DNA of 64,000 nt from Eledone cirrhosa (lineage: Eukaryota): NCBI GenBank assembly GCA_964016885.1, contig OZ024743.1, positions 279,248,001 to 279,312,000 of the forward strand, given 5' to 3'. The stretch's first letter is position 1, and every line of letters starts with the position of its first letter. The notes under the pieces were generated by a model, which was not told where the DNA came from, made no database searches, and worked only from the letters and a program-made list of their open reading frames with translations. This document shows, one piece after another, positions 15,666 through 26,659 of the stretch. Both the position numbers and the translations under genes were made by a program.

Positions 15666-16220
15666 ATTTGAAGTTTTTCCAAATTGAAGGATGAGTATTT
15701 TAAACTTTATTTTATCAAGAGTTCAGGCTCTATTGATTGATCCCTGGATTTCACTAAATTCTGTAGATGAATCTATATCCTAATTCTATTTGAGTTGAGT
15801 TGAATTATTTTTCCCACATCTTACGTTAACTATTTTTCCCATTTTGACGCTATAGTCACTTTTATATTATGGAATACTGTTGGCTTTTTGCTACAATGTT
15901 TTCTATACCTTTCATTTATATATATATACTCGGATTTCTTTTCTAGAGTGCTTAAATTATTTGTGACTAATCCAGGTATTTTTTTTATAAAAATCCGCGA
16001 TAATATTGCTTTTTGCTGAACTCCTTATTGATGAGTTTTTTTCGGAGTGTTTTTTGACTGTTGTTTCTTGTAAACAAACATTCGTCTCATTCTGACGTCA
16101 CCAACCCTGTCTTTCCACATGTGCGTTTTATTTTTCATAATCACGCATGATGGTGAACTAGCCTGTTTTAAATTCACTTTTTGGCATATTACTCTGTGAG
16201 AATTTTGGTTATCGAGTTGA

Positions 16221-16300
16221 GCTCTGCTGAGGATCGGATACCAACCGTGACCATCTCCACTAGAAGTTTTGGTGAAATATTCTTTATGACTATACACAGC
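16221..16300 (+). ncRNA. Type I hammerhead ribozyme, monomer 2 (damaged)
   Basis: Core intact, but stems I, II and III each carry a mismatch. Confidence 0.7.
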
Positions 16301-16855
16301 ATTTGAAGTTTTTCCAAATTGACGATGAGTATTTTAAACTTTATTTTATCATGAGTTAAGGCTCTATTGATTTTTCCCTGGATTTCACTAAATTCTGTAG
16401 ATGAATCTATATCCGGATTCTATTTGAGTTGAGTTTGAATTATTTTTCCCACATCTTACGGTAGCTATTTTTCCCATTTTGACGCTAAAGTCACTTTTAT
16501 ATTATGGAATACTGTTGGCTTTTTGCTACAATGTTTTCTATACCTTTCATTTATATATTTATACTCGGATTTCTTTTCTAGAGGGCTTAAATTATCTGTG
16601 ACTAATGCCGGTATTTTTTTCATAAAAAACCGCGATAATATTGCTTTTTGCTGAACTCCTTATTGTAGAGTTTTTTTCGGAGAGCTTTTTTACTGTTGTT
16701 TCTTGTAAACAAACATTCGTCTCATTCTGACGTCACCAGCCCTGTCTTTCCACATGTGCGTTTTATTTTTCATAATCACGCATGATGGTGAACTAGCCTG
16801 TTTTAAATTCACTTTTTGGCATATTACTCTGTGAGAATTTTGGTTATCGAGTTGA

Positions 16856-16935
16856 GCTCTGCTGAGGATCGAATACCAACCGTGACCATCTCCACTAAAA
16901 GTTTTCGTGAAATAGTCTTTAAGACTATACAGAGC
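16856..16935 (+). ncRNA. Type I hammerhead ribozyme, monomer 3
   Basis: All three stems and the core intact; AUA site ends at 16929. Confidence 0.88.
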
Positions 16936-17491
16936 ATTTGAAGTTTTTCCAAATTGAAGGATGAGTATTTTTAACTTTATTTTATCAAGACTTCAGGCTC
17001 TATTGATTTTTCCCTGGATTTCACTAAATTCTGTAGATGAATCTATATGCTAATTCTATTTGAGTTGAGTTTGAATTATTTTTCCTACATCTTACGTTAA
17101 CTATTTTTCCCATTTTGACGCTATAGTCACTTTTATATTATGGAATACTGTTGGCTTTTTGCTACAATGTTTTCTATACCTTTCATTTATATATTTATAC
17201 TCGGATTTCTTTTCTAGAGTGCTTAAATTATTTGTGACTAATCCCGGTATTTTTTTTATAAAAAACCGCGATAATATTGCTTTTTGCTGAACTCCTTATT
17301 GTAGAGTTTTTTTCGGAGTGTTTTTTGACTGTTGTTTCTTGTAAACAAACATTCGTCTCATTCTGACGTCACCAGCCCTGTCTTTCCACATGTGCGTTTT
17401 ATTTTTCATAATCACGCATGATGGTGAACTAGCCTGTTTTAAATTCACTTTTTGGCATATTAATCTGTGAGAATTTTGGTTATCGAGTTGA

Positions 17492-17571
17492 GCTCTGCTG
17501 AGGATCGGATACCAACCGTGACCATCTCCACTAGAAGTTTTCGTGAAATAGTCTTTAAGACTGTACAGAGC
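17492..17571 (+). ncRNA. Type I hammerhead ribozyme, monomer 4
   Basis: Core intact; GUA site at 17563-17565 with U.G wobble in stem III; stem II CGGA/UUCG. Confidence 0.85.
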
Positions 17572-17819
17572 ATTTGAAGTCTTTCCAAATTGAAGGATGA
17601 GTATTTTAAACTTTATTTTATCATGAGTTAAGGCTCTATTGACTTTTTCCTGGATTTTACTAAATTCTGTGGGTGAATCTATATCCTGATTCCCTTTTAG
17701 TTTAGTTTGAATTATTTTCCCCACATCTTACGTTAACTATTTTTCCCATTTTGACGCTATAGTCACTCATATATTATGGAATACTGTTGGCTTTTTGCTA
17801 CAATGTTTCTATACCTTTC

Positions 17820-17865
<46 letters not shown>

Positions 17866-17867
17866 GT

Positions 17868-18062
17868 CGTTTCACCTTAGCGGATATTCAGCTAATTGTT
17901 ATACGGAATATATACGTTAAACCATTACCAGTCCGAGCTGAATATCCGCTAAGGTGAAACAATTGTTGTCGGTATCGTGAACTAACTGTTGTGGTACCAC
18001 TACTACCCAAGTCGTCCCATGGACTTCCACTACGGATATTACTTTCCAGTCTTCTACCTTAC
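17868..18062 (+). mobile_element. Short insertion with 25-bp inverted duplication and HHR-like motif
   Basis: gtttcaccttagcggatattcagct is inverted at 17936-17960; GAAAC-AATT-GTT palindrome follows. Confidence 0.5.
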
Positions 18063-18130
18063 TCTCTCTCTTTCTCTCCCTCTCTTTATCTCTCTCTCTC
18101 TCTCACTCACACTCTCTCTCTCTCCCTCTA

Positions 18131-18191
<61 letters not shown>

Positions 18192-18289
18192 CTATATATA
18201 TATATATATACATTCATAAATATATATATATACATATACACACATACATATAAAATTATTGTATTCTTTGTCTGCTTAGTGCACAACAT

Positions 18290-18468
18290 AAATGTTTCTA
18301 CTTTAGGCACAAGGCCAGCAATTACCCAGTGCATTACTGGTACTTTATTTTATCGACCCCGTAAGGATGAAAGGCAAAGTCAACCTCGGCGGGATTTGAA
18401 CTCAGATCGTAAAGGGACGTAACTATGCTGCAAAGCATGGCATCCGACCCTCTACCGATACTGCCAAT
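18290..18468 (-). mobile_element. tRNA-derived SINE
   Basis: Same family as 5085-5268. Confidence 0.92.
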
Positions 18469-19116
18469 AATATATTACAATATTATCTACCAGCAGGAGC
18501 GGAAGAATTATGGAGATTAGTATTGCCATATTGAGATACTACTATAAAGGTATAATACATTACTCCCTCTTTTACGTATTTGTTCCTGGTTCTTTAGATA
18601 ATATATTTGGTCGAGATTTAAACATTTCGAAAAGTGATTTAAGTTATATATCATTTTTTTTATTCAATTGACACGGCTAGAAATGTTTTCATGTGTATAT
18701 TTATATAACGCATGAAATTTTTAGGGAACATTTACCGAACAGCAGATGAAGTCACTCTCCTCTAAAAGAAAAGATCTGCTCTGAACTCTTGCTAAAAAAT
18801 TGGACACTACAAAGCCACCCGATGATCCAGGTGGTAATGTTAAATCAGATGAATTAAATATATTCTTCAAGATAATCTCAGATTATAAAACACGATGGTC
18901 AAGGACAGATATCCTATTATTATATTTCTTCTGGATCCGACCTTGTACTATCTTGTATTTCATATTCATGGTGTGAATAAGGCCCTTAAATACCGATGGA
19001 ATTGTTGGGGGGGCCTTTCAGTCCCACGATTTGTCTCACGCACCTCATAACATTTCGGAACGGAGTCGATTTCTTCCTCTGTGTGCGTGTATTGGAATCC
19101 CATATATATATATATA

Positions 19117-19503
19117 CAAGTGTTGGACAAAATAATGGAAACAACTAGCATCATAGCATCATAATTTTGAAATATCTATAAAACCGTCAAAAGCTTGTTT
19201 ATTTTTATGTTTTTTTATTTATTATTAGTGTTGCTTAATGTGTTTTGTTAAAATTGCTGTTTCCTTTCAGATATCATCAGAAAAAGGTAATTAAAATTCA
19301 TTAAAATGACAGATCTATCGGACTTTCAAAGAGGTCAAATTGTTGGTGCTCGTATGGAAAGCGCTAGCGTAACGAAACAGCCGAAATCTTTGGTGTATCA
19401 AGAAGTACTGTCATGAAAGTAATAACAGCCTTTGAGAAAGAGGGAAAAACCTCCTCGTCGAAACAAAGGTGCTAGGTGTTTCCATTATTTTGTCCAACCC
19501 CTG
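19117..19503 (+). mobile_element. Tc1-like deletion derivative (MITE)
   Basis: TIRs ttggacaaaataatggaaaca / tgtttccattattttgtccaa with TA flanks; MTDLSDFQRGQIVGARM...GVSRSTV is a Tc1 HTH start. Confidence 0.9.
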
Positions 19504-19527
19504 TATATATATATATATATATATATA

Positions 19528-19800
19528 ATCTATATATATGAAGTTGTATTCTTGTCTGTTTGTTTGTCACGAACTACTCCTATGGTTTTGGAGATAGACA
19601 CCCATAACCCTATATATTCTGAAACTACATTTCCCAGGGTACTTGGATAAGTATATTTCATTTTAATCAAATGGTTCCCCGGGGATACAAACCCACACTG
19701 AAAATCTTTACCCTTCGATTTATATGAAACTTAAACCATAGGTAAATTACAAGATATGATGCCTATTCACAAACGTTTTGAATTGATATTTGGGAAAACA
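19528..19800 (+). mobile_element. Possible Helitron 5' fragment
   Basis: A|TCTATATATATGAAG followed by tgtctgtttgtttgtcacg is typical of non-autonomous Helitron left ends. Confidence 0.45.
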
Positions 19801-19807
19801 TTATTTC

Positions 19808-19950
19808 CAGTATTGTTACGTCCCTTTACGCTCTGAGTTCAAATCCCACCTAGGTTAACTTTGCATTTCATCCTTACGGGGTTGATAAAATAAAGTACCA
19901 GTAATGTACTGAGTAATTGCTGGCCTTGTGCCAAAAGTAGAAACAATTAT
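19808..19950 (+). mobile_element. tRNA-derived SINE, 5'-truncated
   Basis: Same family body and tail. Confidence 0.88.
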
Positions 19951-20091
19951 TTACAAGAAACAAAATAAGAATAAGATATAACAATGTAATTTACATTTGA
20001 TATATTACAAAAAATAATGTTTTCCAATTTTTATTCGGGTAATTCGGCTAGTATGTTTATAAATACATACATACATACATACATATATATA

Positions 20092-20614
20092 TCTTCTTCT
20101 TGGTTGTCCATCGTAAACGATGATGTCATCTTCTTGATCGCCACAGGAAATGTTTATAGTGGGAGGGCCAGTGCACAGTGACGGTACCACTCACTCCGCC
20201 GCAGGAGCCAGAATCCGGTGTTACGGAGGACCGTCACGACCAGGGACTTCCTTGGCTGCAGTGGATGGCCACGACGTCTGTAGTGCCTTGCCGTGCCTTA
20301 GTGCTCCATACCGCTTGCTGTCGCCACCTTCGTGATTGTTGGGACGATGTTGTCCTCCTCCACTCACTCCGCCAGGTCCAGTCTTCGCATACAGGAGCAG
20401 GCACCTCCTATCTAATTCACCGGGGTGTTTCACACCCATCCGGCTACCCTCAACCTGGTTCGGCCCGACAGCCAAGGCGGTTTACCAGGGTGGGGCCACA
20501 GGCGAGAGCTGAGTGTCAGGTGGGACCCAATGCAGAACGAGCTGTCCTGAAAATGGCATGGCTACCCCCCCCTCCCCCTACAGAGGTACATGCTCATCTC
20601 TGACATCCCAGGCA
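20092..20614 (-). mobile_element. Non-autonomous RTE-derived element (5' UTR + 3' end)
   Basis: GC-rich island ending in an (AAG)n tail on minus; cagctctcgcctgtggc resembles RTE 5' UTRs. Confidence 0.5.
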
Positions 20615-20674
20615 TATACACACGTATATACATACACATACATATATACATGTTTATATACATATTTACACATT

Positions 20675-20865
20675 TTGGGATGGCCGTTGACTCTTATCAG
20701 TTCTTCCGCCCTTTGTCAGGTTTTGTTTTTTGTCCTGCAGGGTGTCCAAAATCACCCTCATCACCAAGTAAACTTGGTGGGGTTGCCAGTTTCGTCGCCG
20801 ACGACCCGACCATGCGACAGGTTGCACTGGTTTACATGTTACCAGTATCACTCAAGAGTGACTTG
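20675..20865 (-). mobile_element. LINE 5' UTR-like fragment with HDV-like ribozyme candidate
   Basis: Highly structured; see finding at 20786-20842. Confidence 0.4.
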
Positions 20866-22129
20866 ACATATATATATGTATATACCACAGTGATCAGATG
20901 AGGGACACGGAGACAAGGTTTCTTCAAGATAAAAACCAACGCTGAGAGATTGACAAACATTGAGAGAGACAGACATTGGTGTCGCATGAGAGAACTAGTG
21001 AATGAATGTCATTCAACTATGTGGAGTTACGGAGCCTGAGAAAGACAGGAGAAAATGAGGAAAGAAAGGAAGAATGACCAAAGTGAGGAAACAAAGAAAG
21101 CAGACCGAGATAATTCAATAGAATTTTTCATAGCGTCTGTTGTCCTGAATAGTTTTATTTATTTATATATTTCATTTTTTTTAATTCGGTTTTTTATTTA
21201 TTAATTTATCTATTTACGTATTTATTATAGCCATTGGCTATTACAGTCGACAAAAACAACATTACGACTACTACCGTCACAATCATACTACTACTACTAC
21301 CACCGCCGCCGCCACCAAAACCAGCACCATCACAACCACCATCATCACGACCACAACCACCACCCTATTTCCGCCATGGCCAAAACCACTGCTAGCATGA
21401 TACAACAAAAACCAGTATCATCACCACAAAAACCATTATTACTCCTATCTCTACCACCACCCCTCCCCACCGCTATGACCAGCTCTACTATAAAAACAAT
21501 CCCCATCATGTCCACAAGGACAGCTACAACAGTCCCATCAACTCAGATTCCGCCAACAGCATTCAAGTGATGTAGATATGGTTAATTAGGGAAATTGGAG
21601 AGAGATGTGTGAGCTAAGCACTGCACTTTGTACTTCACCACCTCTCCACATCACATGACCCAACTCTATATCACACCACAGGACTTCACACTACAACGCA
21701 CCACACCACTCCACATCATATTCTACTAGTCCCCACTAAGCTATTCCTAGGTGTAAGGGTATACCCCAGCTCATATTATATTGTACACCAAACTATATCA
21801 CACCGTATTGCACTAGTCCTCTCCAAATCACAGCACATTGCATTAAAATACCCCACATCACTCTATCGCATATTTCACTATTCAACACCAACCACAGTGC
21901 CATATTATTCCTCACCATATTGAATTTGTCAACAATTTATTGATCCACAACATAGCTCACCATTTCTGCACTTGTCCTCATCACATTATACCACTTTATA
22001 TCATATTTCCACACCGTTTGAAAACAGTCGACGCCAGCTACAATACATTGTGTCAAACCACACTACACCAATCTACAACTCATCAAAACACAGCATTAAT
22101 ATAAAACAAAACAGCACACAATTATATGG

Positions 22130-22310
22130 TTTGGCAGTATCGGTAGAGGGTCGAACGCCATGCGTTGCAACATAGAGTTACTCCCTTTTATGGTCTGAGT
22201 CCAAATCCCACCGAGGTTAACTTTGCCTTTCATCCTTACGGGGTCGATAAAATAAAGCACCAGTAATGCACTTGGATAATTGCTGACCTTGTGCCGAAAG
22301 TAGAAACAAC
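22130..22310 (+). mobile_element. tRNA-derived SINE
   Basis: Same family. Confidence 0.9.
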
Positions 22311-22510
22311 TATATAGTGCACGGCATGATTACACAACACACACCACACAACACTAGACAACACACCATTACAAAAACACTAAGAACAATACCGAACCAC
22401 ACAATCCTAGAACCCACCATATTTCTTCTTAACAAACCATACCATGATTCTATCTCTGTATGTCTATCAATCTACCTTAAACCATCTCTCTTTTTCATTA
22501 TTTCTTTCTC

Positions 22511-22668
22511 TCGGATGCCATGCTTTGACGTATAGAGTTACGGCCCTTGCCATTCTGAGTTCAAATCCCGCCGAGTTTAACTTTGCTTTTCATCCTTACG
22601 GGGTCGATAAAATAAAGTACCAGTAATGCTCTGGGTAATTGCTGGCCTTGTGCCAAAAGTAGAAACAT
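22511..22668 (+). mobile_element. tRNA-derived SINE, 5'-truncated
   Basis: Same family. Confidence 0.9.
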
Positions 22669-22673
22669 TTCTT

Positions 22674-22778
<105 letters not shown>

Positions 22779-22826
22779 TATATATATATGTGTGTGTGTG
22801 TGAGTAAACTTTAATCTGTTATTTTA

Positions 22827-22897
<71 letters not shown>

Positions 22898-23629
22898 TAT
22901 ATATATAACTATTTGTCTGCTTCTTGTCTCTCAATCCAGCTATCCATCCAGCTATCCATCCAGCTATCCATCCATTTGTCACCACCACCCTTTCCGGAAT
23001 CGTGCCTATTGCTGCTAATAGCATATCTGGCTTGCGGGAACTCTTTACAATCTCGTCTCTGCATGATGTTATCATTTTATACAGATTTTAATTTTTTATT
23101 TCAAAATAAAAACTAGTCTTTTTATTTTTGTTTCTTCTGTTTTCTTAAATAATCATATTTGGTTTTGTAGTGGTGACGAGGAGGGGAGTTTACGTCTTCA
23201 AATTTCCATCTGCTATGAAAATCTTGTTAGAGCATCCTTAACGTTTTACACGCTACCGATGCGAATCATCTCTCTTATCCGCAATACATGTATTTTTGCC
23301 TCTTTCTACATTATAACCAAGCCGAACGTTACAAGCACTACATCTGTTATCACCATCACCGTCATCTCTATCATCATAGTTTCTATGCTAGTGTGTCTAA
23401 TTGCTAATACATATCTCGTTTTGAATCCATTTTCCTTCATATAAGCTAAAGAGCTAAATTATAAAACATAAAGATTAGGTATATATTAATAATTCTTTCT
23501 TTATTGTCCACTAGGGCCGAACCATAAATGAAAAGAACTGGCACAGTGTGGATTTACAAAACAATATTTAAAGAAAAGGAAAACAGAACAGAATTCAAAA
23601 TAAATGAATAACAACAGAAATCCCCAATA

Positions 23630-24100
23630 GCGTGTCAACAAGAACAAGGAAGTACTAACATCAAAACGAGTTTCCTATCATTTGAAGGTTAAGATTCTTG
23701 ATACTTACATCCTACCAGTAGTGTTATATGGTCTTGACTGTGTTAATTGGATGGCAAGGTCACTTCAGATGCTCTCTACATTCCAGAACCACATCATGAG
23801 ACTTATGACTGGCAAGCGGCTCAGCGACCCTATCTGTATCTACATCAATTGTCAAGTCAAGATTACTCAACCTATACGGCCATATAAAAGGATCAACTCA
23901 TGGTGTGAGTAGGTTATGTCTGGAAAGATGGTTGACTGGTAAGAGAAGCAGAGGCCGGCAGCCAAAACGATGGCTTTACAATGGCAACTTATGGATTGGA
24001 CTTGATCTTTGCTCTTTGAACTCTGCTGCTGGTGATCAAACTTTGTGGAGATATCACATGTTAATGCGAAGTTTAGCGTCACAAGAAGTTGTACGTATAG
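23630..24100 (+). pseudogene. RTE-like LINE 3' fragment
   Basis: LKVKILDTYILPVVLYG..W and GKRSRGRQPKRW. Confidence 0.75.
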
Positions 24101-24377
24101 ATACAGATAATAAACATTCTACAATATATTAAGACAAACTGAAAATTTAGTATAACAAACAAATACAATGAATTCACTCCACCAGGCGTGATAAGCCGTC
24201 ATCTATGTCCATCCAGAATAATTCTGAATTTGACATTCTTCAGGTCTGATTACCTACAAATTTGTTTTTCCGAACATGTCTGTCAGGATACATCTTCTCT
24301 GAGGCCGAACCTCGAAGTAGAAAGTACATCATTAGCTATTAGTCTTTTATGGACATCTGGCTTAGCTTTTACGAAAA

Positions 24378-24560
24378 TAATTGTTTCTACGTTTAGCACA
24401 AGGCCAGCAATTAACCAGTGCATTACTGGTACTTTATTTTATCGACCCCGTAAGGATGAAAGGCAAAGTTAACCTCGGCGGGATTTGAACTCAGAATGGC
24501 AAGGGCCGTAACTCTATACGTCAAAGCATGGCGTCCGACCCTCTACCGATATTGCCAATC
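24378..24560 (-). mobile_element. tRNA-derived SINE
   Basis: Same family. Confidence 0.92.
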
Positions 24561-26659
24561 ACGAAAATAATATTATTATTTTAGACGTATTTGCAAATGT
24601 TTCTCATTTCAGTCAGCAAAAAATTGTTCATGCGTTCTATATATCTACTGATTCGGACAATCACGATGCTCAGGTTCTGGATGTAGAGGCTCGATTCACG
24701 AGGGTTTCCAGTAGCCTACTTGTTTTTGACGGGGTCCAATTTCCCCCTTATATCTTCTTTACAGTTCCCTACCGCGTCACATCCATCATCCTACTCCATA
24801 TTTTCCCTGTCACTGCTAAGGGATCAAACGAAACTGATCTTCAGAGCTTCTACACAGCTGAAGAAAGATATCGTTTGTTTCCCTGTGTTCTACCATAGGT
24901 CTACGTTCAGGTGGCACTGAAAACGAAAGAACTCTTCATTTCGATATCACTCAGACTATTTTCACAACTGTGATACGGTAGGGATGAGAGATTCACTTCT
25001 CCGGTTTTGGGGATTATTGAAGCAGATTTCTTGTTTAAATTCCTTTGGCAAGAAGACACTCTATTTTGTGACAAACATGTCGATGATTTTTCTCTTTTCC
25101 CTTGAATTGATGTATGCACCTTATTTCTTTTCTGTTCTTTTTTTTTTGTTCACAATGTTAGCAAATGATGAATTACTCTTATTGTTGCTCCTGCTTTTCA
25201 TATTATTGTTTAAGTTTGCCAATTTTTTGTCTTAGTCAAATATCAACTGTTTGTGTATTTACGGCTGTCTGATTATTTAATTGTCATTATTCATTTCTGT
25301 TTAACATTTTAAAATATGTTTTTGTGTTTTCAAAAGTGTGATGGGCGTATTCGCTGCTAGCAACCTTGTGGCTAGCACCTTCCTACGCTACCATAAATGT
25401 GTGTTGATGCACTAATAAACAAAGCAAAATAGATGTTTGCATAAATATGTGTACACAATATATTCTCTAAGGATGATCCATCTTTGTTTCTTATTTTGTA
25501 TGATTAGACATGAAAACAAATTAGAAATTAATTGTTATTTCTATTCTTAGTAGTAATATATGCTTTGTGCATATATGATATTTTTTACATCATATATGTT
25601 ATTGGTTTTATCGGAGAACAAAATATATTTTGCTACATTCTAAGATATTTATAGAGCAACAAAATCTGAGTTAATGACACATGTCAATTCGCTTAATATA
25701 AATTAATTCAAAGCGTAAACTCTTCGATAACATAGGTAGTACTTAATAAATACATTCAATCTGATACCATTGAAAATATATTAAATCATTCTTAGAAGGA
25801 AATGTTTGAAATTTTTTGTACGTTTGACATTTTATTGTTTAAATGAGCCTTTAGGTAAATTTAATTGTGGTAGAATTGTGGTTAGCTAATGAGACAATCA
25901 TTTTTTTTTTTTGTATTATGAGAAACACCAGAGGGGAATACTGGAGTTAATGAGGATCGACACAATATTACACATTTCCACCCACATCCAAAATTATATA
26001 CTCATTCTATTGAGGAATGAAATACATTGATAAAAATGAAGATATCACTAATTAAAATAATTATTTCGTAGGCAGGACATGCCAGGAATAAGCATGACTG
26101 AACAGATTGTCCCAAACCGAAAGGAAACAGAAGTCAAAAATACAATAATATAACTTGTAAATATTTATTGAAATTCTTTAAATGTGACATTTCATCTAAC
26201 CGGAGATAAATTCATCGAGACAGCTTGAAAATAACTGCTCGGCGTGTTAGAAATAGCAGCCAAAACGCTCTCTAGCATTTAAATGAAAATTCATAATGTG
26301 GTCCTAAAAATGATCTGATAATGGTTGGGTTATGCAAGAATAACAACAACACGAGAAAAGAAAAAAATGTAAAAACCACGAAAGCAATAAATCAATAATA
26401 GAAATTATCTGAAATATGTACCGTGTGAGTTTAAATTTAGGGGGGAGTCTGGATAAATCAATCTTGGGTAGCAGATTTAATCCTTCTCTTGGTTTAACAG
26501 AGTTAAATAAGTTGCAGGTATTTGGAACAGTAGATTTATAAGCAAGACGACTCTGTTAAGAGATGAAATTATATTTAATATAATTATTTTTGTGTGTGTG
26601 TCTTTGCGTGCGTGAGTCTATGTGTATGAAAGTATGTATCTATTTATGTATGCATGCAT

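Larger units (their letters stand above)
15261..17825 (+). mobile_element. Tandem array of four ~635-bp HHR-bearing monomers plus ~45 bp (retrozyme-like)
   Basis: Unit starts at 15261, 15875, 16510, 17146 and 17782; high identity; (TA)n on both sides. Confidence 0.92.

Noticed and set aside
17352-17380. Opposite-polarity HHR in the monomer (CUGGUGA C GUC..GAC GAAU)
   Set aside because: A6 and A15.1 are substituted and there is no stem I or III; better explained by the TGACGTCA palindrome. The monomer is U-skewed, not rod-like.
17296-17724. 142-aa antisense ORF in the 635-bp monomer (possible protein-coding circular RNA)
   Set aside because: GTG start; open only in unit 4. Units 1-3 have TAG at about codon 11, and unit 3 has a further TGA. 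No recognisable motif.
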